Shown here piece by piece: positions 45,386-57,966 of a stretch of DNA of 64,000 bases (within the stretch, counting starts at the first letter, position 1; each line of letters begins with the position of its first letter). This DNA is from Dudresnaya verticillata (Eukaryota). Both the position numbers and the translations under genes were made by a program. The notes under the pieces were generated by a model that saw only the letters and a program-made list of their open reading frames with translations, made no database searches and was not told where the DNA came from. The DNA lies in assembly GCA_977862235.1 (NCBI GenBank), contig OZ374562.1, positions 434,001-498,000 on the forward strand. The letters run 5' to 3'.

Positions 45386-46368
45386 TGTGGTGCAAATTAT
45401 CCCACGCCACTGGCGCTCTGTACCATCCTAGACGGATAGCTCCCGTCTTTGACGTTTCTACCGCCTTTGGCGACTGAGATCGAGCTCGAGGCGCGAACCC
45501 GCTCGTGAGCCCTGTTTCCGCCGATGGCGCTAGTCATTCGACTTTGTCGGGCAACTTGGTCAAGAACCAGACCTCCCGCTCACAGCGGATAGTGACGGCA
45601 ATGTCGGGTTGAGAGAACGCGTGAGGTGTAGTTACTGGGTCACGCTGCCGCACCCCGTGGCATACTTGCACACGTCGCACGTGTCACAGGGCAGCGGAGG
45701 ACAATGGGACCAAGAGTATAAGCGCGGTGCGTGAACACGTGTAGGTGTAAGCATTAGCGCGGCGCGCGCGGTGGCGTGGGCAAAGGTGTCAGGCGCGCGG
45801 CTGCATTCCGAGGGCGCTTGTCAGACGCACGACGGAACGACACGTGTCCTGAGTTCCCGCGCGCCGCAGCGCCACCGCCGTCGCCCACGCAGCAGTAGTA
45901 ATACTTAGGTAACCCGTCTAGGACGTCACAGTAAACCCCGGCAAGCCGGTCTGCCTTCACACTTCGCCCCTTCGCTCGTTAGCGTCACTGCCGCCACCGA
46001 CGTTGGCTACGCGTTGCGACGATCGCGCTTCCGCGTCAATGTCCGTCTTTGACGTGTATCCCCTTTTGTTTTCCCCCTTTATGGCCTTGGTAGCCGAATG
46101 CCCCTTCCCGCTAGTGTGTACGTCGCCACCGCTTCCATTAGGCAAAGCGTCGGTACCCCCGTCCGTCCACGTGCAACACCGTCGTTGACGTGTTTCCATT
46201 TCCGTCTTGTTTCGCTTCTTTGGTTTCGACCTACCTACCGCCCAGGGCGTTTACAGTCCGCCTTGTGGCGTTGTCCATGCTCTACCACCCCTACCGTCTC
46301 TGACGTGCTACCCGCCGGGTCTCGAACTGCCCGGGCGTGCTTTTCCGTCCTAGACGTTTTGCACCACA
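45386..46368 (+). repeat. Solo LTR, 983 bp
   Basis: TGTGGTGCAAA...TTTGCACCACA termini; TSD CTTGC; 3' half similar to 26615-27529. Confidence 0.9.
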
Positions 46369-48239
46369 CTTGCCTCTCTAGCCTATTTGGGGCGTGTCCG
46401 ACCTCGTACGGTATATCAGGGTCGAGACGTGAACCTGCCCATTAAACGAGCCAAGCTTGGGCCTTACGGAACGTACCCTCCTACCTTTACGACTTCGTCT
46501 TCAAGCTGGTCTTCAGTGCGTTCGGAACCGTTCTTCACCCTACAAAATCCAATTTTCCTTCGTCTTTGGGTACTCTCTTTGTATTGACTCCCAGTTGGTT
46601 ATAGTCCCACCCAGGGTCATCTCCGCGCGCTCTACCACTTCTGTCCTTGCTACCATGGGGTTAGGGGCAGCCCGAGGTGCACAGAAGTGCATACGCGAGA
46701 GAAGAGTGTCACCACAGGGCGAACGCAAGTGAGAGCGTGATGAATTTTGTGTTGTTGCAAAGAGTCAAGGATGAACGGTCACGGAAAGAGGGGACATTTC
46801 CGCTCATGTCTAGAAGGAAGGGTGACACACAAATTCTACCCTGTGAACTCTTCAATGGTTGCACTGTCACCCCCAACACAATCCACATTTTCCCAGTCAC
46901 CTACCGAACACTCTAACTATGCAAGTTGGCACCCCCCAAACGCAGAATTGCCCTTTCAGTGACAGCCTCTGAAGTTCGAAAAGGCCGCAACGATGGTTCA
47001 GAAATGCTTGTGTCTAGAAGTTGGTTATCTCTAGACTCCGTACTTGTACGGCCATAACTCCTTCATCCCCGTTGTGGCAAGCGGTAACAAGCTTACGAGT
47101 GGCTAAAGGAGGACAAAAAATCAGTGTCTGTTAGAGGGTTCAATCGGGTTAAACAGCAAATGTTTGTAGCGGAAGGGTTCGGATTCTGCAGGATTCAAAC
47201 GGGACGGTGCGGCTAGGATCTCAGTATACCTTGGCCTAAATAAACTTCGTTATTGCAGTATTAGGGATTTTCCCTCTTACTCAGTGACGGAACTAGTCTG
47301 GCACCCCGCTTCTAGCGTAATCTTATAGGAGGATGAAACTGACGACGGTGATCGTTAGGGGCACCCCGTTCTTGTTATGTTAGTCGTTGCTGTGGAAGGG
47401 TTGTCACGTCTACGCAGGGGCTACTGTAACAAGGGCAAAACCGTTTTTGCTGTTCTGGTTGTGGATGTAGAAGGGTCGTCACGTCTACGAAGCGGCTAGT
47501 ATGGCAAGGGTACAACCATCCGAACCTTGAATCCGCTGTTAGAGTAGGAAGAGTTCTTCTTTCTACAGAATGATGGGATCAGGTGGGGAAAATTTTGTAT
47601 TTAGATCATAGTCTTGCTGCCCAAAATAAATTTAAACCAAAACATGACACATGTCCACGTTTGCGAGTTGCCGATGAGTAGCCTTCGGGTGGATTCATGC
47701 TTCAAGTAGTGGAGGATGTGTGGTTTTGGTTAAGGTGGACACTTGTGAAAACTGTACTAACAGTGGTCTGAGTGGGGAGGAGAGGAGTGAAAACAGTGTT
47801 GGGAAAGACGACGCGACGGGTACCACATCTCCGCGCCTTTCTCTAGGGAATTTGTTTAGTGCGGTGGACACCGACGGCCTGGGAGTGCGCCAAAAGCAAC
47901 CCGGGTAACAAGCTGGCCTATTTAGGTAGCACACAGCTTGAGAGCAGCCTGAGCCTTCTCATACAAGCGTGCGGTCTTTCTTCTTAAGACTTGAAATCAA
48001 GAAGCGGAGCATGTCCGGGGTGAGTCATGTTCCGGGCAATTTCACCTGATAAAACTTCACTATCAAAGAAGACTGCCCAGCCTATAAAAGGGAAGAAGGA
48101 GGACACCCTTGGCGTATTAGGGGCAAATTGAGGGACTCATAGTGCTGGGATTTCGGGTGAGTCGGCCACGGTCAAGAGGACGCTGATTTCAGGAGCTGGT
48201 CGAGACAAACCTCTATATCCCGGAGGAAGATGATAGAAA

Positions 48240-49340
48240 TGACATCTTAAAAAATTGCTGATATCTCGTATCCTCTCAAGTCTATGGAGGATGATGAGGG
48301 AGGGGCCAAGAGAAAGAAAAAGAGGGTGACTAGGAGGGAGGCCTCAAGTTCAAGCGGAGAAAGTAAGGGGAATCGTCCGGCAAGGATGAGAAACTCGATA
48401 AGTTAGTAAACGCTATGGAAGGGCTTGTGGGATCTATCAATGTTATCCAGGAACGATTGAAAAAGGTGGAGGACGGATCAGGGAACAAGACTGCGAAACT
48501 GGGGGATTTGCTCCGGGATGGGAGTCATGGTCGGATTTACGCGCGTAACAAACGTCATCCGCCTAAAAGTGACTGAGATGCGGGCAGCGACAGCGAGGCG
48601 GAGGACGTCCCGGAACCAAGCCGGAGTCGCAGTAAGAGCCGAAGTCAGCGGAAGGCGAAAAGGAAGTTTGGGAAACAGAAGAAGCGTAGCTCTCGTACGT
48701 GGATGGCAGTGACTCGGAATTCACACATCGGTACGCCGACTCTAGTTCTTCTGATGATGGCTCTAGTGAGGACGATTTCTGGGAAGAATTCGAGGAACTG
48801 CCTTTCAAAACTCCGACATTGACAGTTAAGAAAGGGGAGGGCGACCCGATGCTCCGTAGGGCTTTGGAGAACTACCCGACGGTCAGTGCCTTCGTGCATT
48901 CTCTGAGGCTTATCCAAAAGAGATGCCGCAAGGAGGGGTTGATGTTGGCGAGAATCATCGATTTCAACATCGGAGAACTTGGAATCCGTACTGTGAAGAA
49001 GTTAGGTTAGACAGAAATCACGATTCGAAGGTTGGTGGCTATCATCTATGGTGTTCAGCACAACGACTGGACGGTCGCGAGTCAGATTGAAGAGGGCGAT
49101 TTGGACCTTCTCAGCGCTAAGCAGCGGCGCCGAATACTGCAGAATGCCAAGTTGGCGAAGCAATTCGCTATCCAAACATGGTAAAACCCCCCGACAAGAA
49201 GAAGTTTCGAATGGCTGGGCATGGCCCCAGGGCCATACTTTCGTGTTAACTAGCCAGAGAACTAACGTGAGGGTTGGGTTTGGGGGGAACGTCCACTGCG
49301 GGAAGGGGGTCGTGCCAAGAGGCCCTTCCCCGAGTTGGCC
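48240..49340 (+). pseudogene. Decayed ORF, possibly a DIRS/Ngaro-type gag-like remnant
   Basis: VSAFVHS..RKEGLMLARIID..*TEITIRRLVAIIYG..DWTVASQIEE helical pattern with stops; resemblance from memory only. Confidence 0.3.
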
Positions 49341-49351
49341 ACCCAAGCGAC

Positions 49352-49668
49352 TGTTGAGCTAATTGTAGCTAGTAGAAGTACCAAAAGAGAAGTTTGTCAA
49401 GAATGGGTATTTGCGGTGAACAAGCGAAGCGGAGCGAATGTGGGTGAAGCAGCAAATATCCCTTGCTTGTTTTACTTTTTCCCGCCCATTTGATAATAGG
49501 GACTCTTGTCGTTTGTTTGATGATTTGTTTTGTTTTTGTTCACGCAGCGACGCATCCGAGAAAGTGATATAAGCCTCGTCGGATGGTCGACTGCAGTACA
49601 TGAAATCAAGCGACTTCTATTCTCAAACTCTGAACTTTTCAGCTTCAACCTCTCCATATTCCTTTTCA
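49352..49668 (+). repeat. Short solo LTR (317 bp) related to the 55811/61613 Copia LTR family
   Basis: TGTTGAG...CCTTTTCA termini; last ~200 bp homologous to 62450-62645; CGAC on both flanks. Confidence 0.7.
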
Positions 49669-50373
49669 CGACGGTTGTGAGAAGAAATTTTCTGACGGAA
49701 CGGTGGGGACTCTTGATTTAAATGTTTTGGACTGTCAGAAGGCCTTCGTTGGTTGGGGAACTCTTGAGTCCCATGTTTTGAAACTTTATCTGTAAGAAGG
49801 CTGGTAATTTACCGATTCTTGACAAGACGCTGATTGCAACTTCCATTGCTATCGGCTTAATGTTCAGACGTTGAAAATGGGAACGGAGCTTTAAGAAAAA
49901 GGAAATATTTTGAAACATAATTGCTACTTGAAGTTAATCTCGAGACGTTTATTGAGGTACCGTCTACTGTAAGCATCTTTAACTATTTTCATTTTACAAA
50001 ACTTATCTCCGCTTGGATCTGAATCAAGAAATCAGTCCTTAGAAAGGCTATTAATTGATGTTCACGGGTTTTCAAGGAACTGCAGAACGTCAGGAATAGT
50101 GTATTAAAAATATGTGTAAAAAATATGTGTAAGTAATAAGTTCTCTCTGCTATCATTTTCCCGTAAACATGTGAGCGGTTCTCATGATGTGTAATACAAT
50201 ACTCTTGCATTTGCAGTAGAATAATTGAAAACGCATGATGTTATCTGAATCAAAAAGCCTGAATGCGCCAGACCATTCAGACGCCGTTCGAAGGAGATAC
50301 TAGTTGGTACCACAAGAGAAAATACATGGTTGGTTCCCACTGTTTTCAGATATTTTATCTATTGTAAAGCCAT

Positions 50374-51733
50374 TTACCAGTACTCGAATCCTTCTAATTT
50401 CTCGTCGTGTCGGTCTCGCACGCCGAAATCTTCATATTTTTCCTGACGCGCCACATCTCTGTGCGTAGCCTCGTGATCTACGCGCCAGCTATTCCAGCTC
50501 TGCCTGACATTGTCTCTTAGTATCACGTTGTATTGATACAGCCGCAAGTCTGATCCCTGATATCCGAATGGGTTTTCAACTTCAACAGCGAGCATTTCTA
50601 GAGACATTAAAGAGTAGGCAATAACCCAGAAGACAGGGATCGTCGAATATCCCATCTGCTCGACCAGTGCCAGGGGAAGCGTAGTCAGATAAATCACCAG
50701 CAGTAGCCTCATGTGCGCAACATAGGAAAATCCCATTGGATTCGTGCCAATCCTTTCCGCCTCACAATAAGGCTTGTACAAATTTCCTACGCTTCTGTAT
50801 AATGCCCCCTTCTGCGCCAGAGGAACTTCGGAGCAGTATTCGGTGATCATCTGGCTCAAGGAGTCCAAAATGAACAGTGGCATTGAAGCTGCTCCTTGTA
50901 TTGTTTTCAAGTCTTCGTCGCATAGTATTGAACGGGTTTGAGAAGTATCTGCAATAAGTTAAAAGGATTTGGTATATGTTCTGTCAGAAACTCGTGAACG
51001 AAACGCATAAGGAATACTTTTGCTGAAGTAGTTGTGGCTCACTAACCAAAGTCTCTCTCTCTTCGAAGTTCGGATGTGAGAGCAAACGGAAACGAAACAA
51101 TGTGGGCTACTATTCGAGCTCTTCGATTTCGGGGGATAGAAGCCCGTGGAATCGAGTGCAGAAGAACGTGAACGAAATTCAAGATGTTGGACTTGACTTC
51201 GTAGTATGCAGCCTGTCCTCGAACGTAGTGTTGGTAGCTCGTTTTTGTTCTGAACGCCATTATTAGAAACAGAATAAATCCCATGTACTGATGTGGTTGA
51301 CTTCCTATCGCAATTCTCGAGCACCATGCCCGACATGTCCGAGTCTGGTCTGCACCTAATTCGGCGAGACTAGATATTAGCACTAGAGCGGTGCCAATGC
51401 AGTAAACGACGTAAAATGATCCACTGATATGAGGACGACCTCGTACCGCGAAGAGCGTCCGTCGCCAGTCAAAGGCTATATAGCACTTAACATCGTCAGT
51501 ACATACGATAGAATATTTTCAATCTTAAAACACAAATGTCAAAGTATGAACTTACGGTTGTACTCTATCTGAGCATTCCTTTTCAGACGAGTGCCTACTG
51601 GAGCGAGTGTTGGCCTACTAGAATCGACTTCATCAACTTCGATCGTAACAAATGATTGCTGTGAAGCTTCTGGAGCACTTGCCACAGAACCATAACTTGG
51701 CTGATCCACAATATCTTGTAGTTCTAAGGACAT
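50374..51733 (-). CDS. Bestrophin-family (UPF0187/YneE-like) anion channel, 393 aa; exons 51733-51556, 51475-51047, 50948-50374
   Basis: GFILFLIMAFRT..SYQHY, AERIGTNPMGFSY, EVENPFG..DL motifs; two GT-AG introns (80 and 98 nt) join in frame. Confidence 0.9.
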
Positions 51734-52863
51734 TTTCGGGATGCTTGAGCTCAGAACTGTCGGAGTTGTAAGAAGACCTTCTAATTCCTGGCTTTTCAGG
51801 GCAAAGACATTTGTAGAAATTGTTCTAAAGCCTCGGCGCAGGCAGAACTGTAACGTGACGTCATATTAAATGTTTCAGCAAACTGAACCTCACTTCCAAT
51901 TGTGACTGCATGAGGGCCCAATTCATTTCGAATAAATCCATAAAACCGATTTTCACGCTTTTTGTTATTCAGCAGTTCAGAAAACATAAACTTAGGTCCT
52001 TAATGGTTCCAGTTCAGGGGTATAGGAGACCTTATGGCAACGGACGTAACTTCACAGCGCAATATTGAAAATTTTATTGCGATCTTCTCAAGACTTGCTT
52101 CGATGGTTATAATGGTGGGCTAGAAGCTGCCACAAGGCCTTTATCCGCTCAGCGACAGCGGTTCCGCGACCTTCAGAGAAAAGACCTTGCAGAATTAGCT
52201 CTTCTCGTTTTATGTCTTATGTATTTCTATCTGGAACCCTTTTATGGCGATTGTGAAATTTTATTGCACAAAACCGCAATGGGAATGAGATTTTTATCTG
52301 GCTGGAAAATAACTGTCAACTATATTGGCCACAACGATTGTGTGCGAAATAGTACTGATCTTTGAAACCATTTCCGTACTTAAGGGAACTGCATATTTTC
52401 AAGGTTCTATGTTGCTAACAGGGTGTATGAGATACAGGAAGCATAGTTGAAATATATTTACTATGCGGTTATTCAAAATATACCGTAGCCAACATAATTA
52501 CTATGTAGGACGTCATGAAACCTTTATTCATATATTCTTCACTAAATATGTTTCTCTGCGATACGTAATGGATGTTTAGTTTACAAAGATGATATTATAT
52601 GTCGGATGCGAGTATTTATCCCATACAAAGGTGAAAAGCAATGGTATGTACTGAAATTGGAGTCCTTCGGCCTCGGGAGAGTGAAGCCCATACATGTATG
52701 ATCGAGTACAAAAGAACGTCCGAAAAGTATAAGAAACTAAATTTAATTTCGCGGTATGCGTCCGGACGTCTTATATAGTCTGGTAGCGTTCTTTTGTTCC
52801 AGACAAAAATATTAACGGCAGACGAAATCTCATATCAAGATGGACTCACTTCCTAAAATGGGG

Positions 52864-52943
52864 CGTGGTCTGCACCTAATTAAGCAGGACTGAAGAGCCA
52901 GACTAGAGCGATGCTGAAGCCATAAACCATGTAGAAACCTATC
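52864..52943 (-). pseudogene. Fragment of a bestrophin paralog (exon 2)
   Basis: GFYMVYGFSIALVWLFSPA*LGADH aligns with SFYVVYCIGTALVLISSLAELGADQ; in-frame stop. Confidence 0.7.
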
Positions 52944-53785
52944 CATTACCGTTCAAGGGGCAGTGCAAGGGCCAATAGAACATGCTGCGTGTTCGGTACT
53001 GCGCAGCGTTTAACAAATAAGGTTATTCCCCATGATTTCCCGCACCCTGCTGCGGGACCTCGGGTCGTTTTCATGCAAAAACCGTAGAAGCTTATGCTCT
53101 GGTTTGAAGCCCCGTCGCTTCATAGTTACGAGCGTAACAGTTCAATGGTAATAGCAAACAAATCGACAAAAAGGCACTATACGCAACAGCCTGAGAGAGC
53201 ATGAGCAGGAGGGCGTACTAAGGGAGCAGGAACAAGGCACAGCAGACTCGCATGCATGCATGCATGGCAGGTGGGGAAGTCGCTGTGCCGCTTACGGCGT
53301 TGTTCGAGCTATCTGCAGAGCGAGAAGGAGCTCCCAGAGTTTCCGTGTCGCACCGTGCGGCAATTGGTGAGATTGCGTTGGAATCTTCCCCAGTGCCGGC
53401 GCTGTGCACCCGGCCCGTTCATGCCTTCTGCGTAGGATCACTTCAAGAAAATTCTGCGTAGAAGAAAGAGCTCTCACTGTTGTGTTCGAGGGGCCCAAGG
53501 TACATCCCATGGCAGATCCGGTGGTGCAAACCGGATCCGATTCCCTTCCAGAAATGACATCTTACATGCCAGGTCGGTCTGACATCGTGGCGTGTACTGT
53601 CACCTCCGCCTCAGGCGAAGAAAAATAGTTTTTTCACATGTTCGAATTGTTAGTGCTCTTATCATTATACAAGTTTCTCAAATGACATGCAATACCTTCC
53701 AGGTCGTTGGCTCCAGTCTAAGCACCCGGAGCAAGTATCTACTATTTTCTCCTGGCTAACAAGGACGATACATGAAAGATAAATG

Positions 53786-55810
53786 TGTTGTGAAACGCCC
53801 GCGTGAACCGATTCCCTTGCGCGTGTCGTACGATCGACGCGCGGCTACCAAAGAGAGCTAGACAAAGACCCACAGTTAGCAAAGTAGAGTCAGGGAGTAA
53901 AAGATTTTAGCAAAGTAGAGAAGGGCCGGACCAGACCGCAACGGCATAACAACGGACCTTGGTCGTTAACGTTGTAGTACTTCTCAATAATTCGGCGTGC
54001 CCTCCGACGTCGCGACTCAGTCTGCGCTTTAACCGCGAGCTGCCGCAGCGAGGCTCAACAGGACTCGTGTCTGACTGGAGGACACAATTACAGTAGCGTC
54101 GGCGACGACGGCGGCCGTCACGGCACGGCCACAGCAGGGCACAGTACTATATCAACACTCCCTCCTTGTGTCCGCCGGCGGCTTGCGGACCCTTCGAGTA
54201 CGCATACTCTTCCAAAGTGCTTGTCGCGCCCGCGCCCTTTCGCAGCTCGTTTCGCACCGTCACGCGCCCACCACCTGCTGTTATCTGCCTGCGCGCGCGC
54301 GTGAGTAACCGAAAAGCGCGTGCGCGCCCGTTGTACTTGCAACTATGACTGGTGGCTCAACCGCCGGTGCTTGCGCCGGTGGGGACCCGTTTCACTATCC
54401 TACAGCCCACCCCTTCAAGGGACCGAGAAAAAGCGCACGCGCGATGACGGAAGCTCAAACGCCCACCCGTCCATTGGCGGAAAAAGCCGCGCCGGTATGC
54501 GTTGAAATCTCCTCGAACGGTCGCGCCCTTTCAGACGCCAAGTGCGACAATGTCTGGAGGAGAAGAGTGCTTATCCAAACCCCTGGTCCACACTGGAAAA
54601 TCGACGCGATTCTCCATGGAGATGGGAAATCATCACACGGGCAGTAGTACCGGACTTCAAACATGATGGGTGGCGTGGAGTCGTACTGGGTCATTGATCC
54701 GTTCTTTCTCAAGGTTGATAAGAGAGGTGAACGGGATATTGCATACAGCATCAAGCCAGTGACGTGCAAACCAAACTCCAGTCCACCGACCTGCCTTGTG
54801 GTTGCGCCAAGGAACAGGCGTTACCAAAACAATGTTGGGGGCCACCGCCTGGTGCTTGGGTCGGTGATGAAACCTTTTCGGAGGTATCCCGGCGTAACGG
54901 TACTCTGGGGAGGCCCAGGAGCTCGTAAGAATAATCCCGCAGTTGAGCCATTTCTGCTTCGCGACTTCTATGGCATATATGCAGGAAGTGCCGACTTCGA
55001 CAATGTTCCGGCTTCAATCATCAATGGCATCTTCTTGCTACGAGGAGGAGAGGCTGCGGACCGTGCATGCAACCACTTGATAGATTGTACTCAACACTTC
55101 GTCAAGCTCGGTCAGGCCGGTCCCGTCGTGCGAAGCATGGGTCTGAAAATCGTGCTGCGCAAACCGAAAGCCATCTTGAGGGAAATGAAAGGGCTCTCAG
55201 CGGAGAAGTCCTTCGATCTTCTTGGGTGTTTCAAAACAGGGTTTCTGGATGGTTCAAATCGTGTGTGACCTTGGTACCCGCGTCGACCACTGCATCTTGC
55301 TCGACTCTTCTGCAGGTGTTGTCTACGACTCAGCGGAGTACTGGACCATCAAGCTTGATCCAAAAACTCTATTAATGTGCGGCGGTCATCATACAAAGGA
55401 CACGATAGTAAAGGAGATACTGGAGATTTCGGTCTCTCAATAAAACTTGATAAAGCTCAGGTTATTTGCACTTCGTATGATCCAATGCTCAGGAGTGACA
55501 TCGAGGTGCCCAGAAGTGACTACATCTCGAAGCATTGCTTGAGAAATTGGCTTGGCTAGTCCGTCCGCAACATTGTGGCTACTTCGGACAAAGCCAATAT
55601 CGGAGATAAACCCGTCTCGGAAACCCTCCCGCGCAGCTGCAATATCAAGCATGGTCCTCTTTTCGGACGTCCTTCACCCTTCTAGATGACGTCAAATAAA
55701 CTCTTTTTATCCGTTCGGAGCTGTTCAGGTACTTGCTTGTTAGTCAACACGGATAGTTCTTGAGATAGCGGGGTCGCTACATCAAACATATCACTGAAGG
55801 CGATCATTCC
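53786..55810 (-). mobile_element. 3' remnant of a Copia element (RNaseH 55437-55810; possible 204-bp LTR 53786-53989)
   Basis: IAFSDMFD, TDxKSLFDVI, LDIAAARE, VRSSHNVADGLAK = Copia RNaseH C-terminus; LTR call weak (TGTTGTGAA...TTCTCAATA). Confidence 0.6.
54345..55443 (+). pseudogene. Unknown ORF convergent with the Copia RNaseH (one stop at 54645, one frameshift near 55230)
   Basis: 54345-54647 and 54663-55268 are in the same frame; 55222-55443 continues; its stop overlaps the RNaseH stop. Confidence 0.5.
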
Positions 55811-56802
55811 TGTTGAGGACATGGTCGCTGGCGCCTCACGTCACGGGTCAGGTACCCCAGATGGTACCCTGGCACGCTTTCACCAAACCTTCCGGAGACG
55901 ACAGCCCTTTTTCCGGGCTTCCAAAATCACGGCGCATTTAGGCCTTTTGCAAAAGCAACGTGAAACGGGCTTCTGATTGGTTGTTACAAACCGCCTCCAT
56001 GGTCTATATGGCTTACAAGTGTTGTGCTGGAATTGGCGGTTATAACAGGAACGGCCAAGTGGAACGATCTGATTGGACCACATGGATGCACGTGGTATGG
56101 CATGGAATGGTACTGGTATGACGCGCACTGTACTCCACAAGTACACATGAACGTGCCATGCAATGTGCTGATGGCGTCTGAGTTGGTACTGCAGGGACTT
56201 GCGCTACGTGGAGCCTGGCTTGTGATATCAGCAGATGCAGTTGTCGTGCGGCCGACACGTCGGTTTACAGTTGCCACGTAGCTGTCGTGCGGCCGACACG
56301 TTGGTTTACAGCTGCCACGTAGGCAAGTCTGGGTGATTACGTGGTCAATGATCCAAGTTGGATATTCATGGACGGACTTGAGCTGGTAAGTGCGGCCACG
56401 TGGTGTGCAGCGTTGTCCGACAGCAGCCATGCGGGGACACTCGATACTTTCACGTTCCCGCCCAAAGTTGGAGTACATATGGATGGCAGGAAATGCGGTC
56501 GCAAGAGGGATTGCTGATGTCAGCAGTTAGCAACACTGGTGTGCAAGTTCCCGCCCATTTTGGTGGCGGATGTGAGTGTGCTGAGAGTATGATTTGGTAG
56601 ATTTAATTGCTTTACTTTTTCCCGCCCATTTGATGATAGGGATTTTGGGCGTTTCTTTAATGATTTGTTTTGTTTGTGTTCACGCAGCAACTCATCCGAA
56701 AAGCTGATATAAGCCATGTCGGATGGTCGACTGCAGTAAACGAAGTCAAGCGACTTCCATTTCTCATCTTGTTCAACTCCAACCTCTCCATATTCCTTTT
56801 CA
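55811..56802 (+). repeat. Copia LTR (992 bp), solo
   Basis: TGTTGAGG...CCTTTTCA; near-identical to 61613-62645 minus one 41-bp unit; ATTCC on both flanks. Confidence 0.92.
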
Positions 56803-57099
56803 ATTCCATGCCATACCACGTGCATCCATGTGGTCCAATCAGATCGTTCCACTTGGCCGTTCCTGTTATAACCGCCAATTCCAGCGCAACACTTGTAAGC
56901 CAAATAGACCATGAAGGCCGTTTGGAACAACCAATTAGAAGCCCGTTTCACGTTGCTTTTGCAAAGGCCTAAATGCGCCGTGATTTTGGAAGCCCGGAAA
57001 AAGGGCTGTCGTCTCCGGAAGGTTTGGTGACAGCGTACCAGGGTGCCATCTGGGGTGCCTGACCCGTGACGTGAGGCGCCAGCGACCATGTTCTCAACA
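56803..57099 (-). repeat. Inverted 5' fragment of the same LTR family
   Basis: Reverse complement of the first ~297 bp of the LTR, ending ...TTCTCAACA. Confidence 0.88.
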
Positions 57100-57119
57100 C
57101 CAGTGTGTGCGCTATCGAG

Positions 57120-57860
57120 ATACAACTATAAAGCCGTCGCGTCCGCTGGGACCTCTGTTCAACATTTGACTCAAATAATTTCAGTACTGGACACGGCGCA
57201 GGCCCGAATCTCATCAGAGATGACGTGCTCTGCTTGGAAGACAGGAAGAAGGTTTCATCGACCCAGTCGACCGTCAAACTCACCTCGGCATCAAGCCACC
57301 GCTTACCATCATTAGGGATGATCTCCATGGTCGTCAGGATTGAAACCTACACGGTCAGTCAACCATTCGTCGTGGTTACGGCGCTAGCCGTCGATATGAT
57401 TCTAGGGTGCATTTATATCGATAGTCACTTCGAACAACTTCGAGTGCGCAAACAACACGCAGTCCTACGTGATGGTTCGGTACATCCCTTTCTACGTTGG
57501 CGATGCGGAATCGAGAGAGCTACAATCTCTGGCGAAACCATGGAGGTCTCTCCACCAAGTAGCTCACGACTCGTAAGAGTCGCACAAACAACTAATTTAC
57601 AGCCCGGTTCTGGAACCTGAGTCGCGGTATCCTGCACCGCTAAAGAGACACACTGCCTGTATTCATTCCAACATCTCTACGACTGTGAGCAAATGATCAT
57701 GACAAATGGAATCGGCGAGATACAAGAGAACGTTCTTTTTCGTGTTAAGATTGCTAACTTCTCTCCCAGGGTGCAACGGTAGATCAAGGACCAACTAATT
57801 GGTCGAGCAGTTCCAGCTCCCGCGTCCAAGCCGGTCTACTCGATTTCCATCGCCGATGTC
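57120..57860 (+). pseudogene. Gypsy aspartic protease region fragment
   Basis: ISVLDT(G)AGPNLI with frameshift; FVVVTALAVDMILG; similar to the PR regions of A and B. Confidence 0.7.
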
Positions 57861-57966
57861 CGCGCCAATACGGGCCCGCCGCCACAGGACTCGAGTCCTG
57901 AGGCAGAGACATCGTTCGATGTAGGGGGCAGGGCTAGCAAATATACTTCCTCGGCTCCCCTGGACC

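Noticed and set aside
44723..46716. Additional outer LTR around solo LTR 45386-46368
   Set aside because: TGTGG..CCACA-like ends exist, but there is no matching TSD or second copy in the window
47390..47520. Two imperfect ~76-bp tandem units (GAAGGGT.GTCACGTCTACG)
   Set aside because: Only two degenerate copies; no function supportable
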